Positions 45,436 to 58,000 of a DNA stretch of 64,000 bases are shown one piece after another; position 1 is the stretch's first letter; every line of letters starts with the position of its first letter. Source of the stretch: Azolla caroliniana (taxonomy: Eukaryota; Plantae; Polypodiophyta). The translations under genes were made by a program, and so were the position numbers. Location: positions 15,252,001 to 15,316,000 of the forward strand of contig JBHGNT010000012.1 in assembly GCA_043228905.1 (NCBI GenBank). The letters run 5' to 3'. The notes under the pieces are model-generated. The model was not told where the DNA came from. It made no database searches and was given only the letters and a program-made list of their open reading frames with translations.

Positions 45436-47220
45436 CTTTAGTGTTCTATAAATAGATTTAATAACTATAAGTGCTTTATTTGCGCCTACCTTTATTAAAA
45501 AGGTAAATCATGCATTTTTAGAGTGCATGAATATTTTATAGAAAAACGCAAGCAACTAAAAAGTGACTCATGCACATCTAGCGTGCATGAGCACTATATT
45601 TAGCAAATAAAAGCAAGGATTAGAAAAGCATCACATGCACATTTAGTGTGCATGAACATATGAGAAAAAGCATGTAGCTATGCTTAGTCTCTCCCATCAT
45701 TATATAAGGATGGGGAGCACATTGTAGTTTTTGTTAATTATTTTTCTATAATGATCAATCAATCTAAAATATTCGTGGGATTCACGAATTTGCTAAAATA
45801 ATTCTCTCTTACTACCTAAATATTGACTAAATATACTAAACTCGTGGGATTCACGAGATTCTTATCTTATAACTCTTTATACCTATTCTTTACTAGCCTT
45901 ATTTGTATTTTTCTTTCTCCTAGTCCAAAACCTCGGCGGTTCCCACCCGACTCACGCAAACGATCCGGAGCCGAAAGGCACGACAACGAGAAAGAGAGAG
46001 ACGAAGGTTTCATATCTCTATTGTAACCGCCGACTGTGGCGAAGATAGCAAGCTCAAGGTCGTGGCCTCGGCGCTTTCCTATTGTACATTCTGATATAGT
46101 GATAGTTTGCGGTCTGTGGGCTGTCGTGGTTTTTCCCGAGTTTGGGTTTTCCACGTAAAACATCCTGTGTACTCTTCTCTCCTTTGTGTCGTGCATTCAT
46201 TCCCGTTTTCTGTTTATGATTCTAAGCTCGGTTGTGGCCGAGCATTGCGCATAGGGAGCGTGCAGTTCATGTCACATCAAACCTTAACATAAAGGTAGAG
46301 ATGTAAATAATGTAAACAATTATCGAACCATCATGGTTGGCTCATTAATGGCAAAACTTTTTGGATATATAATGGAATCAAAGATAACTGTATGGGCTGA
46401 AAAAAATGGTAAGAAAGCTTTTGGAAAAGTTGTCTTTAGAAAACACCATATCACCATTGATCATCTTGTCACCCTTCGAGTATTAATGGGGGAAAGTCGC
46501 ATTAGAGATAAAGGTGAATATTGTTGTTTTGTAGACTTCAAGAAAGCTTTTGATATGGTACCTTGTGAGCATCTTTGGAGGCGAATGGAAGAACTTGAGG
46601 TGCCAAGTCAATATATGCTTGCAATTTCTTGAATATATGAGAAGGTTATATGTGGTGTGCGTATGAGAGATAGACTTTTAGATTTTTTTTCAATAGCACT
46701 ATTGGTGTTAAGAAAGGATGCCCACTCTCACCAACACTATTTGGTCTATGCATTGATGAATTGGAAGAAATGGTTACCAAGTTTGCAAAGGAAGAATGTG
46801 TTGAAGAAGTTGCCATTGGGAATGTTGTGATTATGCTTTTGCTATTAGCAGATGATGTAGTGCTTTTTGCAAATACTTTAGTAGATGAACAAAAGCTTAT
46901 GAAGGCATTAGAAATATTTTGCATGCATACTAAATTAAGTGTCAATGGCTCTAAAACAAAGATTATGGTTGTGATGAGCCAAAAAAGACATAAACCATGC
47001 ATTATGTATAACAATAAGCCATTTGAATGTGTGGAAAGCTTCAAATATCTTGGCCTTGAAGTTCCTTCAAATCATAGATGGAATGAATGTGCTACACGCC
47101 ACTTAGAGGTGGGTTAGTGAGCATACTATGCATTTGAGAACACATGCAATCTTGGAGATATTAAGTGTTGGGTCCTCAAGAAATATCTTTTCGACACTTT
47201 GGTGACAACGGTTCTTCTCT

Positions 47221-47368
47221 ATGGGGTGGAAGTATGGGGCGATAACATCCCTAAATCTAGGTTGACAGAGTTTGAAAATGTCCAAAAACACTTTATGGGG
47301 TGGAAGTATGGGGCGATAACATCCCTAAATCTAGGTTGACAGAGTTTGAAAATGTCCAAAAACACTTT
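47221..47368. repeat. Perfect 74-bp tandem duplication
   Basis: Units start at 47221 and 47295. Confidence 0.9.
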
Positions 47369-47953
47369 CTTGCAAAGTTTCTACAAGTTAAGAAACAAAC
47401 GCCCTACACCCTCCTCCTCGAGACAGGATCACTTCCTAGTGAGATGATGGCCATGGAAAGGGTTGTTGAATACATGCTTAAGGTTCAAAAAAGTCCCTCA
47501 CATTGAGTTCCTAGAATTGCATGGGAAGCAAGCAAAAAGATCCAAAAGACGCAGAAAAGCAAAATTTTGTGTTCCGGTTGGATGCAAGATATAGAAAAAT
47601 GGTTTGGTAGATGGATGCAAGACACTTGCTTCATGATGCATCACTAGATTCCATTGTAAATGAGGCCTTTTTGCAACGCCAATGTATCATGATATGGGAC
47701 AAATGTGGCGGCTCACACTTAACACATTATACTACACATGTTGCACCTAACTACAAAACCATATTCTTCGTGGAACGGGGAAACCGTACACATCGATACA
47801 TGTTAGAGCCCATCTTGTTATCTGTCATTCGAACCATTACTTCCATGCAACTTAGCTCACATGCATTGCGATGTGAAACAGGCGTTGGGATACAAGTGAT
47901 GAGAGTGGCTAGCTATGCACACTTTGCCCTAAACAAGTTCGAGAGTCTGAGCA

Positions 47954-48140
47954 TCACACTTTGATACAATGCTCTGCCTTTGATCGTATTTGACCATGCT
48001 TTCTACATCTCTTCGACCAAGCTGAATCCTTGCACGAATTTCTCTCACACTTTGATACAATGCTCTGCCTTTGATCGTATTTGACCATGCTTTCTACATC
48101 TCTTCGACCAAGCTGAATCCTTGCACGAATTTCTCTCACA
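47954..48140. repeat. Perfect 91-bp tandem duplication
   Basis: Units start at 47954 and 48045, junction microhomology TCACA. Confidence 0.9.
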
Positions 48141-49150
48141 ACCACCATGTGCAATCTCGATTGCAACATTCATTGGTAAAGTTCTTGAACATCGTGAATC
48201 ACTATTCACTTTCACACGTATCATGTGAAATGTAATATTTTTGGTCTCATAGGTCATATTTGACCTCTGAAGACAATAATATATTCTATCTATCTATCTA
48301 TCTATCTCGTGAGAACATAGAATTATATTAATAAATATGTGGAAAACACTATAACGGTATCACAACTTAGTGGTCTCGCCACTACAAGAGTAGTGGTGAA
48401 AACAATCAATTATATTATTAACCATTTGGGCTCTCTCTCTAGTGAAAACACACAATTATATTAATAAATAATTGTAGAAAACACTATAATGGTACTACAA
48501 CTTAAGGGCCTCACCACCACTCTAGTAGTGGGACATGTTGAATCGTTGATAGTCAAGAAGAACACTATCCATGAAGGAATTTCAACTTTCTCCAATAAAC
48601 AAAACTAGCATGACATTAATACTCCCTTTAACTTTCATAGATATGCCTACCATCAAATACACACGCGTTACATATATCCTAATTATGATGCAATCCCCAA
48701 TATCTCAAAAATAAGAAAACAATCTCCATCTTTGATTTCAGGTCAAATTGTGTGAATTATGCAACCTTATATGATAGCTATCAAAGAGACTCAATGAAGC
48801 AATGGTACAATATATTAAACGTGACTTGTACTAATTATCTATATTGTGTCACTTAACAATCCTCAATATTAACTACTTGTCTAGTTCTTTACAAGGTGAA
48901 GACCCATTGTACAAATATACTATGAAGATGAACTTAAGCTTTAGGGCACTCAATTTTTTTGCATGTCTAGGGAGTGGTTTTGTAGAGTTAGATATTCATA
49001 CAAAGATTGTTTTAACGACATGCTTGAAAAAGCGAAGTGGATTACATCATTTATTGATGGTTGCATGATTTCATGATATCCATATACTTTACAATGCCCA
49101 AAATACCACCCAATTGAAAATTTTGCCTCATGAGTCATAACACAGGTGGA

Positions 49151-49869
49151 TGTCAGGAACACACACTCCCGATGAACAACACTCGGCCACAACCGAGCTT
49201 AGAATCAAAACACAGAAAAACGGGGAATGAATGCACGACACAATGGAGAGAAGAGAACACAGGATGTTAACGAGGAAAAAACCCAAACTAGGGAAAAAAA
49301 CCACGGCAGCCCACAGACTGCAAACTATCAATATGTCAGAATGTACAAATGGTAAAGCACCGAAGCAACAACCTCGAGCTTTCTATCTTTGCCACAGGCA
49401 GCGGTTACAACAGAGGCAACGACCTCTTCCTCTCTCTCACTCTCTCTGTACACAGTTATGCGCTCTAATCTTGCGCCAACAAGAATGACAACAACCTCTC
49501 TAAGTTTGCCCTAAGTCATATTTATATTAATATGACTTTTCGGCTATTTACAAATATAGTCCCGATGGACTCTCAAAAACATATTTACGAATATGTCCCT
49601 TCATCCGGTGAGCACTCCTCGCCGGGCCTGCATCATCCGGCGCTTGCCGGGCACACGTCATCCGGTTCTCACCGGGTCTTCCGTTGCCGAGTATTCCACA
49701 TCCGGTTCTCACCGGGTCTTCACCATCCGGCTCTTGCCGGGTACTCGTCATCCGGTTCTCACCGGGTCTTCCGTAGCCGGGTACTCCTCATCCGGTTTCG
49801 GCCTCGGCCGAGTTTGCTCATCAATACTGTTCTTCTCACTTCCCATCTGGAGGGACCTGTTTCCTAACA
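49151..49869 (-). mobile_element. Solo LTR of the 21103 Copia family
   Basis: Reverse complement of the family LTR with CCGG-rich repeats; perfect 5-bp TSD GTGGA. Confidence 0.92.
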
Positions 49870-51865
49870 GTGGATACTAGCAAAAGTTTAGACATTGATT
49901 TCTCCTTGCAATCTTGAAGAAAAAGGGTGTGTGGATTGCTCACTTGCAAGCTATTATGGTGTGTATGCTACAATAGTTGTTGAAGGGGATGGAACCTCAA
50001 GCAAGTTCGCTAATGAAGCAACAAAACAAAGAAAAGAAGGAAAAGGGAAAAAGACATAGAATGTTGTACCTTTATTAATGAAAGAGTGAAACTTCAAAGT
50101 TACAAAATCTTAAACTTTGGTAACTTTTGGTATGTGATTGTGAGCCCAAGCCCAGTCACAATGAGATAAAAAAACAAAGGGAGGTGCACTCATTACAAAT
50201 TCCTTGCTTTAAAGATAGATGTTGAAAACCTACATAACACCCCAACTCCATTGGTAGCTCTATCAAACTAATAGCACTAGCTTGGGACATAAGAGAGTTA
50301 TCTTCTAATGTAGCTCTAACCTCAATCTTTATAAAGCCAAAAGAATGAAACCATTTCTAGCACATGGACATTCCTATACCCATAAAAAATTAGTGTCATA
50401 AATATTAGTTTGATAACACTTTGTGAAGATGAATTCATATGCCACATCACTTTGGAAAATAAGAGGAACTCCATGAATGACTCTTTTAATCCACAAATTA
50501 CCTATTCTTTAAGGATGATGACAGTTTTCCACAATCAATGATAACCAAATAAACCAATTGTATACATAACACAACCCATTATGGAGAGATGATGCCTTGC
50601 AACAACATTTCAATACTCAATTGTGAGCAATTGTTACCCATGAAAAACATTTATACCTCTTAAGGATGTGATTGGCCTTGTACAAAGTAGAAATCTTTAG
50701 GTGGAGTAACCTAATGTTGAGGGCTAACCTACATATGGTAGTAACCCTTTGAATGTGTATACAAAGCCCAATTAACTTCCCACTAACATGGAGTTAAACA
50801 AAATAGATCGACAAGACATTGACCTCAATCAACCTAATGGTGAAAAAAACATCAATGTATACACATCCTTAATTTGGGTACAAAACCAAGCTATTGTTTC
50901 AAGGAATTTATAGCACAAGGAAATTGCACTTTTCAAGGGACACAATTTTCTATTACACCATACATTAAAAAGTCATCATGTTCATTGTATTTTGCTCAAA
51001 GGAAATTGCAACACAAGCTTCAGGGTACCCATCAATTTGTACATAGTATTCTTCTTAGCACTATGATCTTCTTGTCAAATTGATGCTCCAATTGTTCTCT
51101 CACATCTAAAAATTTAGTTCTTTGTGCAATTTTCACACTTCTTCCATAAGCAAGTTGTATCAATTCATAAAATGCATACACGAACATTTAGCTTACATAA
51201 ACATTTATGTAATGAATTTTATTTGTAAAATGCAATATAAACTGGAAGAGAGACATGAATATCCCACTACCTAGTCCTAGTTAAGACATGGTCATAGCAT
51301 TTAACAACATAGTTTGATGAGAAATTTTCAATGGGAATTTTATTAATATACATGTCCTTTCGTGTTTTGTGGAGCTTCAAATGTCTTTACTCCTTTACAC
51401 TACTGAAATTGGAATGCCATTGAAAAACATCAAATGGAAACCCACCCCTGATTACATGTACAAACAACACCAAGTTTGTAAAACAAGGGGTGTGCTTTAA
51501 GATTATCTGCAAATGAATCATCGCTGCATGGATGCCCATGCCACGACTCAAACCTGATGCAAAACATTTGTTACAGTGAGGAAATACCATCAATGTGTTA
51601 GAATCTGAAAACCAAAATGCCAGATACCCCATACTTGTTGGGCATTCATAACTTGCCCAAAATTATCTGAATATCCCTGTTGTAGGTAGCTTTGAGCAAG
51701 AGGAGAAATCTGAGGTTCTCTTACTAGATTCAGTGTATTTGGGTGAATATCCAACAAGTTACAGGCATTTTTCTATTTCCCAAATATATATTAAGATTGA
51801 TACCTACCTTGGGATGTTCGAAACATATGTACAATATTAACTCCAATGCCAAGCACATTGAGGTA

Positions 51866-54800
51866 TCAGTAAGCGAGACCCTCAGCTTTTTGAGTGGCCA
51901 AGAATTGGATTAATTTAATTGGCATTTCTTGGTGATGTTCAGCAGACTTTCCTGGTTTCGCAATTGTCCTTATGTGGACGTGGAAGACTCCTGAAGATGT
52001 ACCATCTGCTTTGTCTTCCATTAACGGTATCGTTTGCGATGACAACCCATAGAACTGATAATAAGAAAAGCATGTCACAAAATGTGAATTATAAATGAGA
52101 ACTATTCTTTGGTTTCAGCCTTCTATTAAATCTCAAAAGAAAAGTTTCACATTTCCTTCCAAGTGCTTTTGAAGCACCCATATTATTGACCATGGGTGAT
52201 TTCATCGAGCAATAGAAGTTGATTGTTTCACTGAAGAAAATGTGAACAATGTCAAAGGAACCTGTATTTTGGTACCTCACAAACTCCATGAAGTAGCATT
52301 CGATGATATGAATCATCAACATCCAATAGAAGGTTACTCGGACCTCCTGCATCTATCCGCCCCAGAAAATCAAGAATTGTCTCCTACAAGAATCAATCAA
52401 GTTGCTCAGTATTTCTATTGCAAAAAACTCCTGTATCTATCCATCCCAGAAAATCAAGAATTGTCTCCCACAAGAATTAACCAAGTTGCTCAATATTTCT
52501 TTATGTTTTTTGTTTCTTGTCCTGAATGGCTGGTAAGTCTACATTATTTCCCCAAATGCCCCAATCCAGCCCCAAAGAGACAGAAAAAGGGTATGTATTG
52601 TTCAGCTAGCATATTTATAATTAAAAATTAAGGGATGAATTTATGGAATAAGCTCTCAAAAATAAGTACTAGAGAGAGAAAGGGTTGAATTGGGGCATTT
52701 AGGGGAAATAAACAAAAGACCAGGGGTATTTCAGATTTGTTTTTATTATATATAAAGCCCAACATCATAAATACAAAAACAAACCTCAAAGGCACCAACT
52801 AAATGCCACGTAGAGCTACGCCGTAAAGCATCCCTCAATCTGTGAGAGATGTTTCTCCATGATTTTTGTGCAATATTGTGCCTCGCAACAACATCATTAT
52901 CTTGCTTCTTCCTTTGACCGGTAGCTTTACCTTGTAACAGTTTTGCCTGCATGCAAAAATGGTATTAAAAAACATTAGAGAGGAAAAAATTAGAATAAAA
53001 TATTTACCTCAGCATCCATGTCAACATTATTTCTGAAAGGCTCCCAAGTGGTGATTTCATGGGCAAAACCTTGTCCGACACTTGTGACCCTCTCGAAGGG
53101 AGTTACAACAGACTTTTCACCTATCAAAAAAGAGATGTTTACCATATCAGAACTAAAAGACCTCTTTTACTTACAAGTAGTTCAGCAAAAAGCTTTTTAA
53201 CTAGCTATTTATTACCCCAAGGAGGAGGGGCAAAAAGGCTTCCAATTTCTTGAGCATCAAGTGGAGGAGCAAGTTCTCGCAAAAGTCTATCGTTCATCCA
53301 TCTGCGATAATGTCGATTACTCAACTGCGGAAACAAAAAACTAAATTAGACGCAAAACAAAAGCAAGAACAATGATCCCTAATTCATATTGAAGTCTTTT
53401 TTACAGCCATACTCATCCATCACCATTGTAAGCTCTTTGATCTAGAATCTATTAGACCTCTTTAAGAAAAAAATCTCTTACAATGTATATTATTTTCACC
53501 AGGCGAAGAAGCTTTCCTTGGCGTCTAATCTGAACCATAACTCTTATATGACATAATATTAACTCTACCATGTGAAATAATATGCCAGATCATTCATTTT
53601 CCAACACTCTAGAATAAATCTTGAGAGACATACAGCTAATATCTACATGGCTTGGTATTATTTTAAGTCTTGCACTCATGATGATATTGTTCACTAACAT
53701 GATGGAAACCAGCACATGTTTACAATCTAGCAATCGGCAAACCAAAATTTGTAAACCGTTAGGTTTGGGTTTGGTTTGGCTTAGGAGTTCAACAGTTCCG
53801 TTTGAGCCTTTATTGGCTTAATGGTTTGCGATTTAAACAGCTTCAAAATTCTGCTTAAATGGTTTACGGGTTTAGGGTTATGGCATATTTGAAATATTGA
53901 TCAAATATGAATTAACTTTATTAAGGTAAGAGCTATAGCCTATTAACATAATACATTATGACATTTGAGATCCAATATTTTTTTCTTTCCGTGGTTTATA
54001 AGAAAGAGACTTTTGGTTGGGAAACTCTTTGAAACAGAATTATGCAAAAGTTCAACATAATGTGCCAAAAACGAACAGAAAAATTGAGGCTTAACAAATT
54101 AACGGTTTGTAAATCTCTTTAATCGTTTGGTTTGGACACTTTTGGTTTCAACAGTTTCAGTTTAAAGGTTTTGCAGTTTGGTTCAGTTTGATTAGGTTTA
54201 ATTTTAAAAAATTTAAATGATTTGGTTTGAAATGATTTAAGTTTAAGACTCCCAAACTGAATCGAACTGAACTGTTTCCCATTGCTATTCTAATGCTCAT
54301 ACCTTTATTGCCAATCCTTGGATTGTTCCCAGTTTTAGATTGTAAAATTCTTATATTTTTCCAATATCGATTATTACACTAGTTCTTATCACAGTTCACG
54401 TTTTCACTGCAGCAATCCTTGCATTCTACATGCCTGAGAAGATTCTTTCAATTGGCACATTAACATTCTACTTCAATTCTAGTCAAACCAAGTCCTGTGT
54501 CGCGACTAATTTGGTTTAGTTACTTTTCATGGATTTTTACGTGTTAAGTGGCTTCTTTTGTGTACCAATAAGAGTCCTATGTACATAATAATCGGTTCAT
54601 TCACAATACAAGGATAATACATACAAAAAACCGTTCACCCATTCACAATCATTTGTGTGTATGTGCAACCCACTTAAACATGGATGATACATATATATGG
54701 TGTATGCATCCTAAATGTGCATGTGTATGTTGTATCCACATATGAGCATGATATAACAAAGCTATCTAAATAATGTGACATCAGGTATCTTGTCAATCAT

Positions 54801-57685
54801 CCACAAGCACAGTGAAGTGACTTGGTCCAGTTCATAAATAATGTTTCATAAAGTGAAAGTCAAAGTGGATAAAAACTATGATAAATGTCAGGCTCATCAT
54901 CCAAGATTACATAAACTCGAACTTTTCTTCTGATCATCAATCTTCATTTCCTTATCTGGGTACTTTTGCACTATACAACAAAATAACTTGCATGGAAAAG
55001 ATCCTTGTCAATGTGACAACAGCTCACTTGATGCATGCATTTCTATGTGTAGTTACATGTACTCTTGCACAGCTTCAAAGCATTTGACCTTTACATTTAT
55101 ACAAAAGATGGGAACTTACAACAAATCAGAAAAAAACACTTATACTATTCAAACTGAGATTCCTTAATCATGCATGCAATAATAGTAAATTATCAGAAAA
55201 TATCACAAACTTATAGGGATCTAATAGAAAATCTATCTGTTCGTAGGAATTTTTTCTTCCCTTGGTAAATATTTCCAATCAAGAAGTATAAAATTTTGAA
55301 CCAACATTTCGTATACCGGGTACATCTTTTTCCTAATTTTGGGAGCCTATTTAATACACATATGGTATAAGCCATCAAACTTTAGATATTTTAAATTCTA
55401 AGATTTGTTACCTCTGCTCCTCTCCCTATCAAATATAAAGATTTGTGACCCATCAAAACTGCAATAAATTATTTCCGTCTAATGGCATCCTATATCATCC
55501 ATATTCACGTATGCTATTAGCAATTTTCACATAAGTTACTGGCCATCAAATTTGAACTATGCATCTCAAAGATTAAGTTAAATTTGCTCTCTCGTACGGC
55601 TTCATAGAATTTTGCCTCAATTGATATAGAATTTGAAAGCATATTAAAGTACTGACTTTCAACCACATGATGCTCCAAATGGAAAGCAATATGCATCTGA
55701 AAATAGTTAGAGAAGGTATGGTGAGAGTATGTAGCTAACCTTCCAAACTACACGAATCCTGTGCTCTGTTTCAATCCGAGAGTTCTCTGTCTCTGCCAAC
55801 AAGATCAAACATCAAAAAACGAATTCATAAAATTTGAATTAAATTGTTCAAATAGCACATGAAGTGCAAGAAAATGAATTGACCATATAATTTTTCCAGA
55901 TGGGATTGACCAAGCACCCTTAGGGAAAAAAGGAAAAACTTGGTTATTCCAGAGTTTCCCCAGTATTCCAGTGTCCTCCCCTGAAGCTACCATTATGGGC
56001 CATTAACCTCTTGCATCATTTCAGGCTACAATTGTAGGCTATCAATATCTGGTTTTGGGCTTATTAATCATGTTAGCATTTAAATCTATGACTTTGGGCT
56101 AATTTTGGCCAATTAATCTCCCATGTTTTGGGTTATAAATCTCTGATTCATACCTATAAAAGTCATGTTTGAGTTTGAATCTAGTATTTTGGTTTTTATT
56201 ATTCAGTTTTGCGCTTACTAACTGTGTTAGGGTTCCATTTTCCGGATTTTAACCCACCAATTTTGTATTTATGAATCATGTTTATGCTATGATGTTTCAA
56301 TTTAAAATGTCAGAATTGCTCTCAAAATTTACCAGACATCACCAAATTTCTCTTCAATCCTGCTGTTTTTGGCTCGTAAGCCAGATAGGCTATAATTATA
56401 AGATTTAGAATTCCAAAAAATGTTATCTAATCTACTCGAAATTGCTTTTGTCTGTACACAACCCAATAGGGCTATACTTAAATCATTTTAAATTCCAAAA
56501 TTTGCTTTTGAATTTATCCAAAAAATGAGCAGATTTTTGCTCTTCGATCATAGCTTTTTTCCGGCTCACAACCCACACAGGCTATAGATAGAGGCTTTAA
56601 AATTCCAAAGAGTACTCTCTAAATTTACCCAAACTAATCAGATTTCTCTTTGATCTGGTTCTTTTTACTGTACACAACCTGTATAGGCTATAATTATACA
56701 ATTTTAATTTCCAAAAACGGATCTCTTATTTACCCAAAATCACTAGCTTTCTCTTTGACCACTTCTTTTTCTGGCTAACAAGCATGTTAGCTATAGTCAA
56801 AAAAATTTAACTTCCAAAACTTGCAGGGGCTGACAAAATGTATGTGATAATCGAACAGTTTAAATTCAAAATTACATTCTGACTTACGCAAAAACGTCAG
56901 ATTTCACTTGTGCTTTTTTCTCGCCTCATAACTCACATAAACCATAATTATAAAAATTAAAAGTCCAAAAATTTATCTCTAATTTACAACATGTCAGATT
57001 TCTCTTCAATCAGTGCTTTTTTAGGCTATGATTATATGATTTGAATTTCATAAAAATAGCTCTCTAATTTACCTGAAACTGCTGGATTTCTCTTTGACCG
57101 GTGCTTTTTCCGGCTCACAACCCGCGAAGTCTGATCTGATCCTTTCACTGAAACCAAAGCAGAAGTTGAAATTGAAATCAAAGAAAGAAGAGAATTGATC
57201 AGAGAAATGCAGAAACTCAGGAGTTAAAATAACCATCATAAAACAGAAATAAGACAAAAGAAAAATCAAAATAAAGAATGCTGTTTTTAAATAAAGCAAC
57301 AAGTAACAAAAAGATATGAATCAAATGGAGAGCAAACAGAGTAAAATAATGAAAGAAGGGGAAGGTTTTCGATGAATAATAAAAAAATGAAAAGAAAAAG
57401 AAAATAAGAGGAAAACAATTATAATAAAGGGAAAAAAACAGAGGAAGAGGAGGAATTATCATCAGCAAAACAGGAACTAAAAAAGATGTAAAAAGAGAGA
57501 AGGAAAAGGGGCGATATAACATATTATCTGAAGCAATAGAGAAACAAACATAGCAAAATAATAAAATTAAATAATGAGCAAATAATCAAAAATAAATACA
57601 GAGAGGAGAGAGGGGTTCTAAAATCTGACATACCAAATGCAGATGCAGACAACCAGTCGTGGAAAGCATTCTTGGTCGATTCCAT
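51866..57685 (-). CDS. Host gene, R3H-associated N-terminal domain / R3H protein (R3HDM4-like, ~261 aa); exons 57634-57685, 55740-55792, 53216-53324, 53008-53120, 52785-52946, 52276-52383, 51866-52054
   Basis: GT-AG introns with consistent phases; peptides RRWMNDRLLRELAPPLDAQEIGSLFAPPPWG, WEPFRNNVDMD, SWRNISHRLRDALRRS, DSYHRMLLHGVCEFYGL match my recall of the plant R3H-assoc family; the first two exons are less certain. Confidence 0.85.
52429..52500. repeat. Local duplication of the exon-6 acceptor region
   Basis: Copy of 52345-52416 with acceptor TAG changed to TGG. Confidence 0.8.
53728..54287. mobile_element. Putative hAT-type MITE in intron 2
   Basis: Imperfect TIRs TAGCAATCGGCAAAC / GTTTCCCATTGCTA, subterminal AAACCG/GGTTT repeats, degenerate 8-bp flanks TTACAATC/TTCTAATG. 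Confidence 0.5.
56320..57125. repeat. Degenerate ~105-bp tandem repeat in intron 1
   Basis: Recurring aaatttacc...gatttctctttga...tttttccggctcacaacc...gctata...aattccaaa, about 7 copies. Confidence 0.7.
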
Positions 57686-57826
57686 GGATCTACCCAGACA
57701 AAGAAGGCGGCAGAATTGAGAAGGACCAAAAAAAAAAGGCTTTCTGAAGAGAGACAGAAATTGAAGGAGAGACAGAGAGACAGAGAGAGAGAAAGGACAG
57801 ACTGAGTTTGGGCTGGGTCTGCTTTT

Positions 57827-58000
57827 GCCACGTCACGGACATATCCATTCCTCTGCCCCTGCCACGTCACGGACATATCTATGCCTCTGCCCATGCCACA
57901 TCACGGACATATATATATATATATCTATATCTATATATATATATATATATACATATCCATGCCTGCCTCTGCCTCTACCATGTCACGGACATATCCATCC
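57827..58000. promoter_or_regulatory. Four ~34-bp repeats with CCACGTCA (bZIP Hex/ABRE-like) and a (TA)n tract upstream of the host gene
   Basis: GCCACGTCACGGACATATC at 57827 and 57861, variants at 57895 and 57977; located 140-310 bp 5' of the predicted ATG. Confidence 0.55.

Larger units (their letters stand above)
42489..45985 (+). mobile_element. Intact young gag-only LTR element; LTRs 42489-43210 and 45264-45985
   Basis: 722-bp LTRs differing at about 5 sites, tRNA-Trp PBS 43215-43231, PPT GGAGGGGGCGAG, perfect 4-bp TSD ACGA, single ORF, no pol. Confidence 0.95.
21103..46274 (+). mobile_element. Ty1/Copia element (Tnt1/Tork-like); 3' LTR split into 26572-26609, 36948-~37285 and ~45990-46274
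   Basis: 5' LTR 21103-21827, PBS TGGTATCAGAGC 21830-21841, PPT AAGGGGGAG ~26561-26569, perfect 5-bp TSD CATCA at 21098-21102 and 46275-46279. Confidence 0.95.
46280..48307 (+). mobile_element. Degenerate RTEX-like LINE RT/3' region with (ATCT)n tail; upstream part at 21036-21102
   Basis: MFNDALQHGMPYDWT (21052-21098) continues after the Copia as NNYRTIMVG, FVDFKKAFD, LLADD, FKYLG, LSSHALRCETG; tail 48285-48307. Confidence 0.85.

Noticed and set aside
49900-51300. Possible decayed TE or gene fragment
   Set aside because: No motif, terminus or sustained reading frame could be identified by eye
53510-53539. Possible 30-bp micro-exon (IRRQGKLLRL) of the host gene
   Set aside because: AG/GT and phase are compatible, but it is not required for the frame and there is no homology support
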